Positions 42,797 through 43,627 of a DNA stretch of 43,627 nucleotides are shown here, one piece after another. The notes under the pieces are model-generated. The model made no database searches. It was not told the DNA's origin and was given only the letters and a program-made list of their open reading frames with translations. The stretch spans positions 1 through 43,627 of the forward strand of contig JAUVMT010000001.1 of assembly GCA_030600085.1 (NCBI GenBank). Reading direction: 5' to 3'. Source of the stretch: Gemmatimonadales bacterium. Lineage in GTDB: Bacteria; Gemmatimonadota; Gemmatimonadetes; Palauibacterales; Palauibacteraceae. The position numbers and the translations under genes were made by a program. Position 1 is the stretch's first letter. Each line of letters starts with the position of its first letter.

Positions 42797-43552
42797 ATGC
42801 CTCTGTGGTTACAGGCCGGAATGTGGGGTCTTCTTGCCGGCGGCGCCCTCGTTGTCGGCGCGGCGATCGGCTACGCCGTGCGACTTTCCGGCCGGACGAT
42901 CGCGGCCATCATGGCATTCGGGGCCGGCGTTCTCATATCGGCCCTCAGCTTCGAGCTCATGGGCGATGCCTTCAAGACGGGCGGTCTGCGCGCGACGGCG
43001 ATCGGGTTCGGGGCCGGAGCGATCATCTACAGCTTTGCCAACTGGCTTCTCGCCAGGAGAGGGGCGAAGCACCGGAAGCGTTCGGGCGGAGGCCAGCCGT
43101 CGGAGGACGATGCGGAGGGGAGCGGGGCAGCGATCGCGATGGGTGCCCTTCTCGACGGCATCCCAGAATCGATCGCGATTGGCCTGACCATGGTGAGTGG
43201 GGGCGCGGTAAGTCTCGCCACCGTAGGCGCCATCTTCATCTCGAATATCCCGGAAGGATTGTCGAGTTCGGTGGGAATGAAGCGGGCTGGCCGGTCGGCC
43301 GGCTTCATCTTCAGACTCTGGACCATGATCGCGGTGCTGTCCGGACTGGCCGCGTTCGCGGGCTACGCCGTCTTTCAGCGTGTCCCCGTCGGGGCACAGG
43401 CCGCCACCACCGCACTAGCTGCAGGGGCGATTCTGGCGATGCTGGTCGAGACGATGATTCCGGAGGGGTTCGAGGGCACGCACGATTTCTCGGGCCCGAT
43501 CGCCGCCATCGGCTTCTTGGCCTCGTTCGCACTCTCCATGCTAGGAGGCTAG
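42797..43552 (+). CDS. ZIP-family divalent metal transporter (ZupT-like)
   Basis: Multi-TM protein with a cytoplasmic charged loop (KHRKRSGGGQPSEDDAEGSG) and the signature helices LLDGIPESIAIG and FISNIPEGLS. Confidence 0.88.
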   Translation: MPLWLQAGMWGLLAGGALVVGAAIGYAVRLSGRTIAAIMAFGAGVLISALSFELMGDAFKTGGLRATAIGFGAGAIIYSFANWLLARRGAKHRKRSGGGQPSEDDAEGSGAAIAMGALLDGIPESIAIGLTMVSGGAVSLATVGAIFISNIPEGLSSSVGMKRAGRSAGFIFRLWTMIAVLSGLAAFAGYAVFQRVPVGAQAATTALAAGAILAMLVETMIPEGFEGTHDFSGPIAAIGFLASFALSMLGG

Positions 43553-43558
43553 CCGGGG

Positions 43559-43627
43559 TCAGCCGGGCCCATCGGCGGGGGCGGTGCGACGTCTCCGCGC
43601 TCCGAGCACGATGAGGAAGCTGGCCAC
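43559..43627 (-). CDS. 3' end (last 22 codons) of an unidentified minus-strand gene entering from the right edge
   Basis: The reverse-complement frame reads VASFLIVLGARRRRTAPADGPG-stop (TGA at 43561-43559), a hydrophobic segment followed by a basic tail. It is too short to classify. Confidence 0.25.
   Translation of the reverse strand: MASFLIVLGARRRRTAPADGPG

Noticed and set aside
1-43627. Search for mobile elements, CRISPR arrays, prophage or defence-type genes
   Set aside because: No integrase, transposase or recombinase motifs were seen. There is no regularly spaced repeat array longer than about 50 bp and no tRNA attachment site. There are no nuclease/ATPase/methylase combinations. Gene content is core metabolism, translation and repair.

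Overview
Densely coding, very G+C-rich bacterial chromosomal segment with about 42 protein-coding genes. I found no rRNA, tRNA, CRISPR array, transposase or integrase.

- Left part (minus strand, transcribed right to left): an NFACT/RqcH-like gene, lexA, truA and an HtrA-type protease. These are followed by purB-purC-purS-purQ-purL-purF, the same core order as the Bacillus pur operon. The block ends in an exported 5'-nucleotidase that runs off the window.
- Middle (mostly plus strand): panB-panC-panD, an HD (YqeK-like) gene, a LytR_C-domain gene, an orphan ORF and rlmN (minus). Then come a VanZ-like gene, aspS, phoH, a 7TM-HD (PgpH-like) gene, ybeY and mgtE.
- Right part, mutase and acyl-CoA genes: a coenzyme-B12 acyl-CoA mutase module made of a MeaB-type GTPase, a catalytic subunit and a separate B12-binding subunit. 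The two subunit genes are separated by an oppositely oriented coiled-coil ORF plus an AI-2E-family transporter. Downstream lie an acyl-CoA carboxyltransferase, a DUF1446/AtuA-like gene with its small partner, an enoyl-CoA hydratase and membrane ORFs.
- Right part, remainder: tag, an alpha/beta hydrolase, a short RecQ-family helicase, an acyl-CoA dehydrogenase, RNase E/G, a signal-peptide-bearing creatininase-family gene and a ZIP transporter.

Most of this is ordinary housekeeping content. I see no defence island, mobile element or clearly novel multi-gene system.

The observations most worth a second look:
1. The mutase carries the Phe/Gln substrate signature of isobutyryl-CoA-type rather than methylmalonyl-CoA-type enzymes. 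It sits in an unusual carboxyltransferase/AtuA/hydratase context.
2. A tandem direct-repeat motif upstream of lexA is a candidate non-canonical SOS operator.
3. Short duplications of SD/start-junction sequences recur in leaders, including a 9-codon relay mini-ORF in front of tag.
4. An 18-bp perfect palindrome is centred on the recQ start codon.
5. 15-bp tandem repeats abut a near-consensus promoter between rlmN and vanZ/aspS.
6. An HD-domain gene has conserved N-terminal sequence reachable only from a CTG codon that overlaps the panD stop.

All family calls come from motif recognition by eye. No database search or computation was run.
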